Positions 25,101 to 36,646 of a DNA stretch of 64,000 nucleotides are shown here, piece after piece; position 1 is the stretch's first letter; every line of letters starts with the position of its first letter. The stretch spans positions 6,448,001 to 6,512,000 of the forward strand of contig OZ176056.1 of the NCBI GenBank assembly GCA_964247055.1, in the 5' to 3' direction. Origin of the DNA: Paragordius varius. Its lineage: Eukaryota > Animalia > Nematomorpha. Under the pieces are notes generated by a model. It was given only the letters and a program-made list of their open reading frames with translations. It had not been told where the DNA came from and did not search any database. The position numbers were made by a program, and so were the translations under genes.

Positions 25101-28100
25101 GTGTAACTCCAAAAATAATGTAACGGCCAATGGAACTGCTACGAAAGCGTATCACCCAAGTGAATATTATAAATTTCGAGGCAAAAAATTAATTCAAGAC
25201 GCAGCAAACACCCTAAAAAATGAAATAAAAAGTGAAATATCAGAACAAAACATTCAAACTGTTGATGATGTCCAAATAACTGAAAATGGGGTAAAAGAAG
25301 AAATGTTTAATGATGACTCACCAAACCTTCTGGAAGGTTTTAATAATATTTTGGCATTATCCTATAAAAGTTTTTGGTTAAGGTTAAAAAAGACGGAATC
25401 TAAAAAAATTTTAACGGCAATTTTATATAACAACGTTTGCATATATATATATATATATATCAACTTGGCCCTTAAACATTTCAATATCCTCTTTTATCAC
25501 AATAATGTCGTATTCAAAAAAAATAATTTGGAAATATTAATTTGAAATTAAAAGTGTAAGATATTAGAATAAAAAATTGATCGAACAAATAACATTCAAT
25601 TTATAACTTGCGCGTAAAAATGTACCATGACTGACTTGATGTGTAAATAATATAATTAAATCTTGTTTAATATATCAAAATAATAATTGTGTAATGGAAT
25701 AGTTTACACCAAAAGGATAATATTAATAAATTTGGTTGTTTTATAAAATGTATGAGAATTTTGTTGAAAAAATAGATTCCTTTGAAAAAATTACATACCC
25801 TCCATATTTTTCCCGTTTATACTCAATAACTGCATTTATAACCATTTATACCTTATTAATTTTTTACCTATTTTAGAAAACAAACTCTTACCTGAAGCTA
25901 CAGAATCAGACTCGAACACTTTAAATACTATAGCAACGATCAAAAACGAAAATCAATCTGATAATTCTAATATCATGACAAATTGCACTGCTAATAATAC
26001 AAATCCATCCGTGATCCTAAACATAGATACGGCATATTATTTAAGCCAACAAATTTTGCCCATCGTTAAAAGGTTAGCCGAATTCCTTGAAGGAATAAAT
26101 CATGATATCCTATGTCAAGCGTTGGGAATTAAAACACAATCACTAAGAAATAATAATCAGTATTCTACATCGTTTTATCAACAATCTAATGTTTTGTCCG
26201 ATAGGAATGAAAAAGTACTTTATTTGTCGTATTAATATTGATAAAATGGATTTTGAAAGGTTTGGTTAGTGGGACTTTCTAGATAACTAATCTAACAAAC
26301 TAAAAATTATGTAAAGTCGACTTCATTTGTAAAACATATATAAATTTAATTTTATAATGAATTGTCACTATTGCAATCGAAATTATTGTATAAAGTTTAT
26401 GTAGTTTTGAATATTTATATATATTTGATATTTTATTAATAATATTCAAAAAATATATTTACTCCAGTCAACTGTCTAATATAGCTTTGTTTTAAATCGG
26501 AGATAATTCATATTGACATTAATTAGATTTATTATTTTGGCTTATTTGTTTGACCTTATAAATCAATTTGCCTTATATTTATATGAATTTAGATATCATC
26601 TTTATTCCTATTAACTCAAAATTTTTGGAGTTTGGATGATAATCATGATTGTAATAATGATAATTTGGGTTTTAACTTAAATTTACCTGCACACATCCAA
26701 AAATTAACTATTATATGTCCACAATCCCTAACACATTCTGATACAAATAGCTTAGATGAACACAAAAAATCTTGTCCATCATTCCATTATATAACCTTTC
26801 ATAAACCTATTTATCGCGTAACTAACCCACAGGTTTCAAAAAATTTTATAAAAATGATAACTATTAGAATAAATTTCGCAATATAGGATTTTTGAATGAT
26901 TTGTAAAAAATTGACAATATTTTATGGATTTTTGCATTATTTTATATACAGAAAAATGAATTAAACCGAGTATAAAAAAATATTTTTCCCTAAAAGAAAA
27001 CCATAATTTTTAAATTTTAATTTTTTTTCAAATATATATTTCATTGTTAAAAATTGTAAAGTATGAAATATATATATATAATGGTAACTCAATCAATTAT
27101 ATATTTTACAATTGTAATTAAATAATGTATATGTAAATAATTATGGTTATTAGGAAAAAAAAATTGGCCTTATATTTTTTCAATTTGGCTGTATAATTTC
27201 AATTTTTACTGTAGAATTCTGGTAAATTAGATTGTTTAATAATATTATTTTTTTGTGCGATTTTAGGAATCAGTCCATCTCATAAATACTTATGAATGCA
27301 GTTTAAATGCATGTCCACACTGTAATATCCAATTAAATACGTCGAAAATGATTGTATACATATGTGATCAAATTGCACAACGCCTTAACAAATGCATACA
27401 AAGATATTATCAGGTAGATAAGATTGATCATTCCTAAATACACTTTTTTTTTCAAATTAAAGTTTTAGTTTTTTTAGAATCCACACTTATAGCCCTAAAC
27501 GTACATTAAGAATGAGTATGAATGAAAAATAGTGTATTTTTAGAAAATAGGGGGTCTAAATTAATAGCAGGCTGCATTTAAATGGAAAAAGTACATAATT
27601 TAAGATCTTTAAGTTTTTTATATACCTTGCTATCTAATTAAAGTATTGGATATGGATTTAAGAAACCCTAGAGATTTAATAATCTTTATCTTTTGACATA
27701 TCTATATATACCATTTCCCAGTGTAAATAAACGTTTTCCCAGTTAATCGAAACGTTTTCCCAGTCAATAGAATCATTTTCCTAATCAATAAAAACGTTTT
27801 ACCAATCAATAAAAACGGTTTTATTTTGATAATAAATATTAAAACAAGAGTATAAAAACAATTTTTTACCATTATTAGCGTAATATATTGAGATAATTTT
27901 CAATTAAAAACACTATTGAATGACAATTTATTCGTGCATAATCATTAATGACTTATTCTTTAAATGTTATATTTTTGGAATCTAGTTAAGATAATATTTT
28001 ATTTTATCGATGGTTCACATTAATATATGCGGCTAACTTAAAAAATCAATAGTTACGAATGAATTAGAATATATAAAAATATACCATTTTTATCACAAAG

Positions 28101-31076
28101 GTCATTTAACTTTTTATATTTATATCTTAAAGAAAATTTTACGCTAATTCTATAATTTTAAACATTTGGTATGGGGCCTAAGGCAGCCTTTCGAGTATCT
28201 TTGTGCGGGCCGCAAAAAATTTGGAAAACTATATGCAAAAATATGTCCACAAAATCTTAGTAACATTTATATTTCATACGCAATTGTTATGAATGAATCT
28301 ATTAAATTGGTAATGAATTAAAAAAAAATGTTATATTGTGTTTGTGTTTTACAGTTTTATTAATCGAAAAATTATGTGAATGTATATTATTTGAATGGGG
28401 AACCATGTGCTTTTGGGTTAAAAATTGGGCTCGCGAAGGCATTTAGTTGGACACACTTGTTTTAGTCAAATATCCTTTTTATTAAATATTTTTAATCAAA
28501 AATATTTTTTAAAAAAAATTCGTTTAGATATTTTTTCCGACAGTATTTTTTATCGACAAACCGGACATATTTAAAAACTATTGTGAAGCGTTCCGCAAAT
28601 ATTATTGCGAACTATCGATAAAATAAAAAAAATTATCTTAACTCAAATTCCAAAAATATAACACTTAAGGAATACATCATTAATGATTGTGCACTGGGAT
28701 ATACTTAAAAAAATTGTCATTCAATAATTGTGTTTTTAATTAAAAATTATCTCCATATATTATGCTAATAATGGTTAAAGGTTGTTTTTATATCCTTGTT
28801 TTAATATTTATCTTCAAAAAAAAAACCTTTTTACTGGAAAAAAGTTTTTATTGATTGGGAAAATGTTTCGATTGACTGGGAAAACAATTGACTGGGAAAA
28901 CGTTTCGATTGACTTGGAAAACGTTTCGATTGACTGGGAAAACGTTTCGATTGACTGGTAAAATGTTTCGATTGACTGGGAAAACGTTTCGATTGACTGG
29001 GAAAACGTTTCGATTGACTGGGAAAATGTTTCGATTGACTGGGATTTATTTAGACTGGGAAATGGCACATATTATTTATAATTCAAATTCACCCTTTAAC
29101 AATTCAAATTTATTCTCGAGCAATATCTTACACTCATAATATATGTTTTCGGGCTAATATTAATCATCATTAATAAGAAATATATTATTATGGCATAGTT
29201 TTTTATTTTTTCAGTATTATATTAATTTTAAACGCTTCATTTTAAAAAATATAAAAACATATAGGCAATTTCTAATCTTAAAAAACACATAATTTAGGGT
29301 AAATTGTAATTAAGTAAGGGTAAATTGGAATTGTACAAGGGTGAATTTGAATTGTTCGAGGGCGAATTCGAATTGTTAAAGGATGAATTTGAATTGTTCA
29401 TGGGTGATTTGAGGGTAAATTGGAATTGTTCGAGGGTGAATTTGAATTGTTCCAGGGTAAATATAAAATGTTCAAGGGTGAATTTAAACTGTAAATGGTT
29501 ATTAATTTTTGACATTTATTTAAGCATTTTTATCGTTGTGATGACCCGATATGTGATCAAACCACTCCAATAATACCGCTAACGAGATCCGGCCCGTCAA
29601 AAGGCAAACCTGGTCCTTTTAAACCGAATATCTCTGAAATACCATGTCCTCATTGTTCATCGGGATGCCTTATTGAAGAGGTATTTTTTGAAAAAAAATT
29701 CCAAATCCTTGATTTCCAGAACATGCTGGATACTAAATGTTATTGTCATAAATCTTTAATTTAAGTTAAAATGACTTCTGATTTCCAAATTTATTGGATA
29801 ATAATGAATTGTATTTTATTAAATAAAAAATATTGATTATCAAAACTATTTTTACCTCAAATATAGTATGATGAATCTATGTTATATGAACAAATTTTGT
29901 ACTACAAACAAGTCTTTGATATCGAAGCGGCCTTACAAACTTTTGCACACAATCCAATTCTACAAAGTAATATATATCCCATTTGTAATCTTGTTTGAAT
30001 TAGATAAATAGAAATTAATATTAGTAGTTTTATATTTGCATAGTCTGTTTTTTAAGGAGTTTTATTGAGTGAGTAGCTAGTTTTTTTAATGTTGCATAAT
30101 AAGAAAAAAAGCGAGAAAAAAATTTAAGGTAAAATCTGAAATCATACGGCAAAAAGTTAATTATATAGACAAATATTTTTTTCAATCATTGTGCTACACT
30201 TCACTTTAATAGATGTAAATCATTATTTTATCGAGATAGATGTATATTGTAACACAATCAATTATATATGTTCCAAGTGTAATTGAATGGTTTTTCATAT
30301 AAAAAAAAAATTTTAAGTTATAAAAAAAGGGTTGTTCTCTTTATATTTTTTACGTTTTATCTGTATAATTACAATTTTTAGTGTAAATACATTAATATTT
30401 TTCTTCGCTTTACATGTTTTAAAAAATAGTGTCCTTATCTGAGTTTTGTACGTATAATTTCAATTTTTACTCAATTCAAAGCATTATTTCTTTTTGATGT
30501 ATATTTTATCTGGCAATAATTTATGAAAAAAACTAGTATATATACAGTAAAAATGGAAATTATACGGACAAAATGTAAAAACTAAATTTTATTTTCAAAA
30601 AGACAACCATACTTTTTTAAACCTTAATTTATCCTATAAAATTCATTTAACTATTAGAAAATACATCTTTGATTATATTACTGATTTGCATGACTCTATT
30701 TTATACTTTGCAGTTCAAAACAATTAGTTACATTCTAAATTTTTTTTTTAATTTTATGGTTGTCTTTTTGATAAAAAATATTTGTCTTTATTACGTGTCC
30801 GTATAATTTCAGTTTTTACTGTAAAAAAGTTGATTATCCAATTGTAAATTTACTTTTACGCATATTTTTTAAAAAAATAAAATTTTATTATATAATTTTT
30901 GTTAAGGTCAGCTTCGTAAGAAATTTTTGCCTTATATCAATGCTTACCGCGCCATCAAACGATTCATAAATGAAAAATATGTCGCTCATAATGCCTATGC
31001 AATGATTGATTTGTCACAAATATTCTCATTTTACGCGGGTGTTTCATATAAAAATTCATCTGGTTCAGATTTTTAG
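4448..31076 (+). CDS. POLA1: DNA polymerase alpha catalytic subunit, 31 exons, about 2018 aa
   Basis: Exons: 4448-4543, 4570-4666, 4727-4789, 4833-4975, 5040-5268, 10060-10282, 10908-11209, 11851-11966, 12575-12836, 13420-13647, 14145-14616, 14929-15010, 15098-15241, 15561-15797, 17120-17438, 18036-18140, 18729-18929, 19410-19553, 20446-20537, 20754-20864, 21253-21382, 22015-22600, 23136-23268, 24112-24252 (or 24294), 25087-25336, 25877-26214, 26593-26832, 27267-27413, 29525-29680, 29867-29966, 30907-31076. All phases chain; total 6057 nt. Motifs: [114 protein letters not shown]-terminal Cys modules, terminal IDLSQIF. Confidence 0.97.
5984..6250 (-). CDS. Small (88 aa) putative membrane protein nested antisense in POLA1 intron 5
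   Basis: ATG at 6250: [90 protein letters not shown]-elevated island with a long hydrophobic stretch. The pattern [20 protein letters not shown]..(K/E)P resembles, from memory, an uncharacterised family of ~70-90 aa invertebrate membrane proteins. The 5' end is uncertain. Confidence 0.6.
   Translation of the reverse strand: MQYDFKKIVINVKIYFFVNAFLLAWPLCYLIVDWYVFLIPFSVLINPECRFWKYLHMVWDLPRTCIANAKACEPIKMHLGPPVSQTNH
6474..6655. mobile_element. Tc1/mariner-like MITE, family C (182 bp)
   Basis: TA|CAGTATGCATTTTAATGGTTGCTTATTTCAC ... GTGAAATAAGCAACCATTAAAATGCATATTG|TA: 31-bp TIR with one mismatch and TA on both flanks. Confidence 0.85.
6961..7556 (+). mobile_element. Helentron/HINE-like non-autonomous rolling-circle element
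   Basis: Starts AACTAG followed by a GC-rich hairpin-like stretch (cgtgctgctacgcagccgg) and poly-G, and ends ttttataaatatatagat. These ends resemble Helentron-derived HINE/DINE-1 elements. The body is homologous to 370-770. Confidence 0.5.
9177..9439. mobile_element. MITE family B
   Basis: Same ~30-bp TIR (aattatacggacaaaacgtaaaaatataaa / ttgtccgtataattttaatttttactg). A partial copy follows at ~9745-9945. Confidence 0.75.
10334..10587. mobile_element. MITE family A (CCATTT termini)
   Basis: TA|CCATTTACGATTCAAAATTACCC ... GAAGTGTAAATGG, with the conserved core aaataaattatgt.tttc..gtttattattttttcagtatt..aaaaacacataatttattt. Confidence 0.75.
11315..11563. mobile_element. MITE family A
   Basis: TA|CCATTTACCGTTCAAATTAACCC ... 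GGGTGAATTTGAATTGTAAATGG. Further copies or fragments at ~905-1110, 3156-3235, 15890-16130, 36900-37140 and 46600-46835. Confidence 0.75.
12136..12182. repeat. (TA)n microsatellite
   Basis: About 23 TA units, directly abutting the MITE at 12183. Confidence 0.95.
12183..12342. mobile_element. MITE family C, inserted at the end of a TA microsatellite
   Basis: TA|CAGTA ... GTGAATTAAGCAACCATTAAAATGTTTATACTG|TA. The body (cagtagtgtatggaaaaagg, aaaatgtt.gaataaacaat) is shared with 6474-6655. Confidence 0.75.
13800..14059. mobile_element. hAT (Charlie-like) MITE, family F
   Basis: CAGTGTGTCCAAC...GGGCCGCAAAAAA ... GCCCGCGAAGCCATTTGTGTTAGACTGGACAC. CAG(T/G)G..TCCAA ends and gggccgc motifs are typical of Charlie-type elements. 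The 8-bp TSD is not clean. Confidence 0.6.
18406..18663. mobile_element. MITE family B
   Basis: TA|CAGTAAAAATTGAAATT ... AATTTCAATTTTTACTG|TA. Supplies the spurious N-terminus of ORF 18608. Confidence 0.85.
19257..19349. mobile_element. 93-bp mini-element with CCATTT termini
   Basis: TA|CCATTTTTCA ... TGAAAAATGG|TA, with internal inverted caacatttttt / aaaaaatgttg. Confidence 0.65.
20128..20402. mobile_element. MITE family A, preceded by a hAT right end (20090-20118)
   Basis: TA|CCATTTACAGTTCAAATTTACCC ... GAATTTGAATTGTAAAGG|TA. cctgcgggttggacacccctg lies just upstream. Confidence 0.75.
23409..23984 (-). mobile_element. piggyBac-like MITE, family D
   Basis: TTAA|CACTTCGATTCAAATTGGGG ... 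CCCCAATTTGAATCGAAAG(spacer)TCCAAGTG|TTAA. TTAA on both flanks; reverse orientation relative to 62586-63060. Confidence 0.8.
27711..29065. mobile_element. 1.35-kb foldback-type non-autonomous element (CCATTTCCCAGT termini, 21-bp subterminal arrays) with a nested hAT-like MITE at ~28170-28460
   Basis: TA|CCATTTCCCAGT ... ACTGGGAAATGG|CA. About 9 tandem copies of gattgactgggaaaacgtttc at 28850-29043 and 3-4 inverted copies on the left. Inverted homology extends inward (27820-27930 versus 28700-28810). Confidence 0.8.
29077..29498. mobile_element. MITE family A with an expanded right-hand 21-bp array
   Basis: About 7 copies of gggtgaatttgaattgttc(a/g)a at 29335-29498, ending GTAAATGG. Explains ORFs 29294 and 29325. 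Confidence 0.8.
30545..30821. mobile_element. MITE family B
   Basis: TA|CAGTAAAAATGGAAATTATACGGACA ... TGTCCGTATAATTTCAGTTTTTACTG|TA. Other degenerate copies at ~16630-17030, 22930-23050, 26950-27210 and 30180-30470. Confidence 0.85.
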
Positions 31077-31173
31077 GCTTATATCCTTTATGTGATTTGA
31101 TATAATTTTATTTTACATGTCACATTTGAATATATATTTATACATGTGTATTTTGTGAGATTAGTAAATTTTT

Positions 31174-31179
31174 AATAAA
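31174..31179 (+). terminator. Candidate polyadenylation signal of POLA1
   Basis: AATAAA about 100 nt after the TAG. The hexamer is common in AT-rich DNA, so support is positional only. Confidence 0.35.
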
Positions 31180-31846
31180 CACAAATATTATTTATTATAA
31201 ATTATTATAGTTTTTATCTCTTTAGATTTGTTTGATTTTTTGCCACTAAAGAGCCCCAAGTATATTTTTTTCAAAAAAGTTTTGGCTACCATCTGGGTAT
31301 GGTATTTAAAAAAGATGTTACATTTATTTAAACTCACTTCATAAAATTTAAACAATTACAGTATGCATTTTAATGTATGTTCAGTAATTTTATTGCCAGT
31401 CAAAAAACATAAATGGTTTATCAAATGCGTAAAATACTGGCCCACGAAATTATTTCGTAGAACACATATGAAAGAGGATTGACGTGAGAATTAACATAGG
31501 CTTTAATTTGAAGGATATTTTGTAATGTTAAATTTGGAGAATATTATAGCAATTTATGTTAACATTTGTAATATTGTTGTTACGTATTTAGATGCGGAAT
31601 TTTGTGCGTTTTGATCTTTGATAAATTAATTAATAGTAAAATACGTATTTTAAGATTTTTTATGTTAATTCCCAAATTTAATAATAAATATTTGTATTAA
31701 TCAAATTGGTATTATAATTTTATATAGTTATTACTTATTAAAAAAACGGTAAATATATATTTGAAAATTTAAGTAGATTTTAGATTTTTGTATTTTATGT
31801 TTTAAATTGTTATTAATAATTTTTAAGCATTTCAGACATTTTAATC

Positions 31847-32930
31847 AGGTAAAAATTGCGGTTTTTAACAAATTTAGTAAAAATTTAGTTTTTTTTTTGT
31901 TTTTTAGGTTTTGCATTGTTAATTGTAATTAATTACTACATATTTTGGACATTATAAACAGGTAAAAATTGCGGTTTTTAACAAATTTAAGTAAAAATTA
32001 ATTTTTTTTTATGTTTTGCATTGTTAATTGTAATTAATTACTACATATTTTGGACATTATAATCAATACAGTTAAAAATTGCGGTTTTTAACAAATTTAG
32101 TAAAAATTTAGTTTTTTTGTTTTTAGGTTTTGCATTTTTAATTGTAATTAAATATTACATATTTTGGACATATAAATACAGGTAAAAATTGCGGTTTTTA
32201 ACAAATATAGTAAAAATTTAGTTTTTTTTGTTTTTTAGGTTTTGCATTTTTAAATATAATTAATTACTACATATTTTGGACATTATAATAAATACAGGTA
32301 CAAATTTAGTAAAAATTTAGTTTTTTTTCCTTTAGGTTTTTAATATTTAATTGTAATTAATTAATACATATTTTGGACATTATAATAAATACAGGTAAAA
32401 ATTGCGGTTAACAAATTTAGTAAAAATTTAGTTTTTTTGTTTTTTAGGTTTTGCATTTTTAATTGTAATTAATTACTACGACATTTTAATTAATGGAGGT
32501 AAAAATGAAGTTGTTTTTATATTTAGTAAAAATTTAATTTTTTCTTGTTTTTTTATTAAATATTGTTAATTGTAATTAGTTACTGCATATTTGGAAATTT
32601 TAATAAATACAGGTGAAAATGGCGGTTTTAACATATTTCAAATGTAACATTTTTTGTATTTTGTATCATTGTTATTTAATTAATACTAAATATTTTGCAC
32701 ATTTAAAAAAACTGATGTAAATTGCGGTTTTTAATAAATAAGTAAAATTTTAAATTTTTTGTTCAACCTTGCTAATTTATTTATCACTATATATTTATGA
32801 TACATTGATATATACAGGTAAAAATTACTATGATTTGCGGTTTTTTAAAATATTAATTTTTTTGTTTTACATTGATAACTAATATATTAAATATAGTTAA
32901 CATATCTGAGCAGGTAAAAATGCATGTTAC
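31847..32930 (+). repeat. Tandem array of a ~110-bp unit, left arm of the foldback
   Basis: About 10-11 copies of caggtaaaaattgcggtttttaacaaatttagtaaaaatttag...ttttggacattataa. Starts at 31847, 31959, 32069, 32179, 32295, 32392, 32496, 32610 and onward. Confidence 0.9.
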
Positions 32931-34319
32931 GGTTTTATGTTTGACATTTCATTTTCCAAATCAACTATTTATATTTTAACAAACACCTTATGTCACCAAA
33001 GATTGAAAATAAGATCAAGATATATAAAACATCTTTTAATGTATCTGAATATCGCCAAATATAAATAAATTTATTTAAATTATAAATGTATAATTATTCA
33101 AAATATTCATAATATTATGTTTGAAATTAACATTCTTATTGATATTAATACAGATAATTTGTTTATATAATTGATCTACGAAGCGTTGTGCGTTCATGAT
33201 GATCATATAGATTGAAGAATAGTATGAGATGCAATAAATAAATGCAGATAATCCTAAAAATTTCACTAACCATCATATTCTAGATAGATTCTATCAACTA
33301 AAATATAAGATAATTAATATATTAGAAAATTGATACCTGGATTCTAGAAGTATTTTCAACATAAATTGGGGGCTAAAACATTCAAAGTTTGAAAGAGAAC
33401 TAAATAAGGTTGACTTGGCTTTTTAACAACTAAATTTCCAAAATTATTTTCTTCATGATAAAATATTCAAAAATGATACTTTTATGTTTTTTTCGTTCTA
33501 CCATCCTAAACTATAAATATGAAAAGGCTTATATGATTTCACCATACCAATGACGTCAAATAGAAAAAGAAACGAATATTTTTTCAAAAGCTTTGAATGC
33601 AACAGCACTCCAAAAACTAAGCAGGCAACACTAACATTGTTTGCTTTGGTGAAGAATAGTTTTTTATATTTATAGTTTAATATGGTAGAACGAAAACGCA
33701 AAAACATAAAGTATCATTTTTGAATTTTTTATCATGAAGAAAATATTTTTTTTGCAAATTTAGTTGTTTAAAAGCCAAGTCAACCTTATTGAGTTCCCTT
33801 TCAAACTTTTAATGTTTCCCCCAATATTTAAAATTATGCTGAAAATACTTCTAGAATCCAGGTATCAATTTTCTAATATATTAATTATTTTATATTTTAG
33901 TTGATAGAATCTACCTAGAAAATGATGGTGATTGGAATTTTCAGGATTATCTGCATTTAATTATTGCATCTCATACTATTCTATATAATCATCATGAACG
34001 CACACCGCATCGTATATTGATTATATAAACAAATTACCTGTATTAATATCAATAAGAAGAATGTTAATTCCAAACATTTATAATTTAAATAAATATATTT
34101 ATATTTAGCGATATTCAGATACATTAAAAGATGTTTTATATATCTTGATCTTATTTTCAATCTTTGGTGACATAAGGTGTTTGTTAAAATATACATCGTT
34201 GGATTTGGAAAATAAAATGTCAAACATAAAACGGTAACATGCGTTTTTACCTGTTTGCTCAGATATAACTATATTTGTATATTAGTTATCAATGTAAAAC
34301 AAAAAAAATAATCCTAAAA

Positions 34320-35230
34320 ATTTAAAAAACCGCAAATCATAGTAATATTTACCTGTATATATCAATGTAAAAAATATATAGTAATTAATAAATTAGCAAG
34401 GTTGAAAAATTAAAAATTTTACTAATTTATTAAAAACCGCAATTTTTACCTATAATTATTAAAATATATAATAATTAATTACAATTAACAATGCAAAACC
34501 TAAAAAACAAAAAAAAACTAAATTTTTACTAAATTTGTTAAAAACCGCAATTTTTACCTGTTTATAATGTCAAAAATATGTAGTAATTAATTACAATTAA
34601 CAATGCAAAACATAAAAAAAAAATTAATTTTTACTAAATATACAAACAACCGCAATTTTTCTGTATTTATTTAAATGTCCAAAATATGTAGTAATTAATT
34701 ACAATTAACAATGAATAAACAAAACAAATTAAATTCTAACTATATTTATTAAAAACCGCAATTTTTACCTGTAATTATTAAAATGTCCAAAATATGTAGT
34801 AATTAATTACAATTAACAATGCAAAATCTAAAAACAAAAAAAACTAAATTTTTACTAAATTTGTTATAAACCGCAATTTTTACCTGTATTTATAATAATG
34901 TCCAAAATATGTAGTAATTAATTACAATAACAATGCAAAACCTAAAAACAAAAAAAAATCTAAGTTTTTTCGAAATTTGTTAAAAATCGCAATTTTTACC
35001 TCTATTTATAATGTCCAAAATATGTAGTAAATTACAATTAACAATGCAAAACCTAAAACAAAAAAAAAACTAAATTTTTACTAAATTTATTAACCGCAAT
35101 TTTTACATTTATGAAAATGTCCAAAATATGTAGTAATTGATTACAATTAACAATGTTACATAAAAAAAACAAAAAAAAATTAAATTTGACCAAATTTAAA
35201 AACCGAATATTTACCTGATTAAAATGTCTG
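34320..35230 (-). repeat. Tandem array of the ~110-bp unit, right arm (inverted)
   Basis: About 9 copies of aaaaccgcaatttttacctg..aatgtccaaaatatgtagtaattaattacaattaacaatgcaaaa. Confidence 0.9.
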
Positions 35231-36646
35231 AAATACTTAAAAATTATTAATAATTAACAATGCAAAACATAAAAAAAAATCTACTTAAATTACAAATATA
35301 TATTTACCTGTGTTTTTTTAATTAGTATTAACAACTATAAATTTATAATACCAAGTGATTAATACAGGTATTTAGCATGTTGAAAAATATTTATTATTAA
35401 ATTTAGGAATAATTAACATAAAATATCTTAAAATACGTATTTTACTATTTATTAATTTATCAAAGATAAAAACCCACAAAATTCCGCATCTAAATGCGTA
35501 ACAACAATATTTCAAATGTTAACACAAATTGCTATAATATTCTCAAAATTTAACATTACAAAATATCCATCAAATTAAAGCCTATGTTAATTCTCACATC
35601 AATCCTCTTTCATATGTGTTCTACGAAATAATTTCGTGGGCCAGTATTTTACGCATTTGATAAACCATTTATGTTTTTTGACTGGCAATAAAATTACTGA
35701 ACATACATTAAAATGCATACTGTTAATATAGTTAATTAATAGAAATTTCCAAATTTTACAATTTTTACATTGCAATCAATATATATTAGAATGATTAAAT
35801 TTATTTTTTTTAATATTTTTTCTAATTATGAGTTATCCATTATACCACATACTAGAAATGTAAAAAGAGTGCTCAACTTAAAAGATTTAAACTTAAAATA
35901 TCAGTTCTTTTTTTAAAATCGAAAAATGGATTCATTAGTTTATGGGCGTAGTTTATTTTAAAAACGCATTATGAAAAGGGTGCTTCATTAGAGAGGAGTC
36001 CTTGATATATTGTTTTTTTTTCATAAGTAATAAACTTTTATTCTTTGTAAATTTTTTAAACGTTGACAGTCAAAGAGTTAATTTTTATTTTAGTATTATT
36101 AGTAGAAGCCCTTGTTTAAATGATATGGCTAATTGTTGTTTAAAATTACATATATAAATTTCAAATTAACTGCAAGTTTTCAATTATGTCCAAGGAATGT
36201 ACACATAAAAGTTAAAATTTTTAAGAATTTTTGGTATTAAATTTAAAGAATATTTATGGCATGCCAGCTGCGTAAAATTTATTGATGTTAGAAATCCGAA
36301 AAATTGTGTAATTGACAAGGCATGTAAAACCTCGGAATGGGGGGCATCAAATATACAAATCTTCTTAACCATTGAAATTTCATATTTATTCGATAAAGAC
36401 TTTACTTATAAAAGTCGAAAATTAGAATTTATATTTTTATTATTACGCATTTCAGCTTAATTTTAATAAATTTCATATCCATAATAAATAATATGGTAAA
36501 AATCTTATATTATCAATCATCAATTTATTGTAAATCATTACATATTCTTATATTAAATGACTATATGGTGTGATAATAATAATACATTAATTGATTTAAC
36601 CACCCCATTTACAAATATATATATTTATATAACAAAATGATTCTAA

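Larger units (their letters stand above)
31359..35722. mobile_element. 4.36-kb foldback (FB-like) palindromic element
   Basis: 31359-~33525 is the reverse complement of ~33661-35722, starting CAGTATGCATTTTAATGTATGTTCAGTAATTTTATTGCCAGTCAAAAAACATAAATGG. Spacer at most ~135 bp; flanks TTA|CAG...CTG|TTA; no transposase ORF. Confidence 0.9.

Noticed and set aside
28814-29573. Repetitive ORFs (SQSIETF)n, (TGKTFRL)n, (GEFELF)n, and the 21-bp array as a CRISPR-like locus
   Set aside because: Head-to-tail 21-bp subterminal repeats of transposons with no unique spacers, no cas genes and a eukaryotic context.
33075-34223. ORFs inside the foldback element (33075, 33498, 33981) as a transposase
   Set aside because: Short, not preserved between the two arms, and without DDE or DNA-binding motifs.
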